The notes under the pieces were generated by a model. That model saw nothing but the letters and a program-made list of their open reading frames with translations, did no database searches and was not told the DNA's origin. Source: Craspedostauros australis (Eukaryota). From it: a stretch of DNA of 35,948 nucleotides. Within the stretch, counting starts at the first letter, position 1. Each line of letters begins with the position of its first letter. Below, one piece after another: positions 32,723-35,948 of this stretch. The stretch lies in the NCBI GenBank assembly GCA_030167865.1, contig JALAGF010001241.1, positions 1 through 35,948 on the forward strand, given 5' to 3'. A program made the translations under genes and the position numbers.

Positions 32723-33763
32723 TGTTGTCGTCTCTTGAGTCGCAGCTGGAAGAGTATGAAGGGGAGCCTTGTTTGTCCTCTCTTCGTTTGTGGGGGGAGG
32801 TGGGGGAAGATCGCGGATTGTTGTTTGTGTGTCCGCAGTGGCGCAAGTCGCCGTCTCCGTGTCGTGTTGGGTTTTGATTCACGGACGGATGCGAAAGACT
32901 CGCTCTTTAAAACCTATCCAGGTACCTCATCTTGGAGTTCTTAGTCGTAGTCTCTCCAATTCCATCAACCAAAAGCGATATCGATTTTGTGCGAACAAAC
33001 AACTTGATGTCTGCTTGTACATATGTTTGCTTGCTGCCTTGTTTCTTTCCTCCCTCGTACGACTATTGGTATCGAGTTGATAGGTTGGGACTTGTCAGCT
33101 CACACTGTGCTGATGATGAACATTCGCACCCAAGAGATGTGGAACAACCGTTGTGACAGCATTCCGCAACCTCAAGTCGGATCTCATCTACATCAGCAAC
33201 GTTGGAAATAAACGTCTACTATACACAGATTGCTCATGTCATTGCGCAGCGGTTGATAGAAGATGCCAGTGAATGCTGAACAATATTGCATTTTACTAGT
33301 TTTCTTTTTGGATTACGTGCAATAATAGCTGATTCAATGAATGAAGATTGGACATGAAGGAAATAGAGCGGGCTGACTCATCTTACCACGCAGCGGATGC
33401 TGGTTTCGTTGCCTCACGAAGCGGCAAAGGAATGGTGGATGGCAGGGTATGGCGTGTATCGGTGGACATGTAGGTATTGGATAGATGCATCGGCATGGAT
33501 CTGTTTGGTTGCACGTCGCCTCGTGCTGGATCACGTCAAGGCGAGGGTGCCCATGATGCAATGGCTCCATCGGTGGATGAGACGATACGGTCCGTCGCAA
33601 TGTCGGCGTGATGACCGTGTCAGCGTCGGCTTCATCTCATGGCGATGCCAACGTTGCGAACCCGAATTTAATAATGTCGGGCCACGCCGCGACGTTCAGC
33701 GTGCGTTCTGATCACACGTGCCGTCAATGGCAAATGGTACGAAGGCACTGCTGATTGCGTGAT

Positions 33764-34135
33764 TTAGGCGTCGGACGGAGCCTTGGTCATCTTGGGCGAC
33801 TTGGATTCCGACGGCAGTCTGGTGTTGACGGGTGACTTCGTTGCCTTTGGTGTCTTGCTGGCTCCCGGCGCCTTGGTTGCTGACGGTGCCTTGGTGTCAG
33901 ATGGTGCCTTGGTAGCAGACGGGGACTTTGTGGCAGATGGCGACTTGGTGTCAGATGGTGCCTTGGTAGCAGACGGAGACTTGGTGGCAGACGGGGACTT
34001 GGTGGCAGACGGGGACTTTGTGGCAGATGGCGACTTGGTGTCCGAGGGTGACTTGGACCCCTTGAGGGCACGGGTGTCGGCCATGGCAGCGACGATGATG
34101 GCAAAGAAAGCGAGGAAGAACAGTGTGAATTTCAT
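33764..34135 (-). CDS. Small secreted Lys/Ser/Pro/Thr-rich hexapeptide-repeat protein (123 aa), silaffin/cell-wall/adhesive-like
   Basis: ATG 34135; signal peptide MKFTLFFLAFFAIIVAAMA; DT-RAL-KG; then 16 six-residue units with consensus TK(S/A)PS(A/D); stop TAA 33764-33766. Confidence 0.85.
   Translation of the reverse strand: MKFTLFFLAFFAIIVAAMADTRALKGSKSPSDTKSPSATKSPSATKSPSATKSPSATKAPSDTKSPSATKSPSATKAPSDTKAPSATKAPGASKTPKATKSPVNTRLPSESKSPKMTKAPSDA
33770..34057 (-). repeat. 18-bp coding tandem repeat, 16 units, with synonymous variation
   Basis: Plus-strand units such as ttggtggcagacggggac, ttggtgtcagatggtgcc and ttggtagcagacggagac. Confidence 0.9.
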
Positions 34136-35948
34136 GGTGACGAGTGTGGATGTATGATGTCTGTCTGATACGGGTTGGTGGAGACTTGGGGGTTTGTTGA
34201 CGATGCGTGCTGATGTTTGTTGCTTGAGATTGATTTTGTGAGATGATTGGAACTCGAATTGGGTGGATGCTGTTGGCACAGGACGGATGCGGCGATTGGT
34301 GATGTGTTGACCGTGAAATGGTGTCGTCGCTTCATTCGCAATCTCGGGTTTCCGGCTTTGTGTCCCAGCGCAGTCCCTTGAACGAATTGGTGTCGACAAT
34401 TTGTGCGAGAATGATTGGCGCTTCTTCGACAATTAACTCCCACACAAGAACCAGTCATGTGAAAAGAACGCACACTGATATTTTAATTAAGGCCAGACAG
34501 CCATTGTTCATCCAGGGGACAAGCCAAAAATCCCGCCAACCCGAAAAATTGAAAACCCCAACACCACAGAGCCCAAAATGGAACTTTCGTCGACGCTTGG
34601 TTGAGTGGGTGAGGCTGGGCTTGGCGGGTTGGATGAGGTTGACGAATTCAGCGTCGGCAGAGGAGAGTTATTATATTTGGATACATCCTTGCGCTCTGCA
34701 TATTGTATTCATAGTATATACTATTCTATGATACATGGCTGTTTCTCTCATTGATTTGGATAAATCTCTTCATGTTCGTGGTGGGGACGTCATCATCAAC
34801 ATCGCCACAAGAGAACCTCCACAACAAGACTGATAATGCATTCCATTTCGCAGAGTCAATCACATTGCACAGCACAAGAGGCAACAACGTGCATCGTCAG
34901 TGGACAGCAGCGTACTGATCCATCATTCCATGGACACCATCCATCCATACCTTCGCCTTCTATGTACTTTCAGTTGAGGTGGTCCTGCGGCTTCATGGGT
35001 GTTGAACCTTGGAAGAGCCGCGGCTGACTCTCGTTATGACGATGGCTGCAGTCGAAGAGACGAGAACGCCGATAAGGCCGACGCCGCCGCGCTAAACGAA
35101 GCTGATTCAGAGAGCAATCGAGCGAGCGAACACGCCAGAGGGCGAAGCAGATACTGGCATTGGCAGAGCTCCATTCCACAATGCGGCAGCCGCGGCATGG
35201 GATGACCCATCGCAACGGCCAAGCCAGGTGAGATCAACAAGAAGCTGAAAGACAACGGCGATTCTTCTTACCGATACTGTATGCGCCGCACGGCTGCGGG
35301 CTCTCGGCAACTCTCCGATGTACACACGCGACGGAGACACGAGCACAGAATGGCACAGTGAGAGATGAAGATGACTCATGGAATCACAACGTGATGACTC
35401 GGCATTGGCGTTGCACGATCTTCTGGCACCTGAACGTGTTGACGAGCAGATCAAATAGAAAATCACCGTGGATATTGGGGTAGCCCAATTGAAACCTGAT
35501 GCGACTGCAGTGGTGAAGCACCCGAGCACTACTCGAAGGATGCCAGATGGCGCAACGTATGATTCTGCCAACTGGCGTATTTTGGCATTGGTCTACATTT
35601 GCATTGGCGCATCAACTTGCGTTCGACATTTCACTATATTCGCGGTCAAGTGCCATGGGTTTGACATTCAGAGGCAGAGACTTTGGAAAGCAGATATGCT
35701 GGCTCCCCCGAATCCACCACCAGTTCTGCCATGACGGCGACGATTCGATGTCGAGCGACGATGATTGAGACTTGTACGCCATCCATCATGTATATGTCAT
35801 GAAGTATCCCACGTGTTCAAGGCACTGCAATTTGTGAAGTCCGCAGCAGCCCGTTGCGAAGGGTCATTCACATCATAACCGTGGAGCCTCCAACTGAAGC
35901 GCAGCACAAGGTTCAACACGTTGCTAGAAACACGGAGGGCTGGAACGG

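Noticed and set aside
33770-34057. 18-bp array as CRISPR-like
   Set aside because: Contiguous in-frame coding repeat with synonymous variation; eukaryotic context, no cas genes
7432-34135. ATP6AP2-like, bestrophin, DHHC and secreted repeat genes as one silicification gene cluster
   Set aside because: Spread over more than 25 kb among unrelated genes; no shared motif seen; co-location alone is not evidence
34990-35768. Several short plus-strand ORFs as a gene or pseudogene
   Set aside because: No consistent frame, splice model or recognisable domain

Overview
Eukaryotic nuclear DNA, most likely a pennate diatom. This is inferred from GT-AG introns, a bipartite plastid-type presequence, an RXL-type secreted repeat protein and CRAL-TRIO-like + DUF6824 genes. 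About 12 well-supported protein genes plus one tentative small ORF. Left ~11 kb holds four intron-containing conserved genes: WDR82/Swd2, a DHHC-family palmitoyltransferase with a DHLC variant motif, an ATP6AP2-like V-ATPase accessory protein and a bestrophin/BST-type channel. Right ~22 kb holds apparently intronless genes: three divergent paralogues with Sec14/CRAL-TRIO-like + DUF6824 architecture, a stand-alone D-glutamate cyclase-like (DUF4392) gene, a low-complexity coiled-coil protein, an F-box-like/Cys-cluster protein, a MED11-like protein with N-terminal repeats, and a 123-aa secreted protein of 16 TK(S/A)PS(A/D)-type hexapeptides after an RAL site. A 29-N gap and many microsatellites are present. 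No rRNA, tRNA, CRISPR or intact transposon was recognised. All family calls are from motif recognition by eye; no searches were run.
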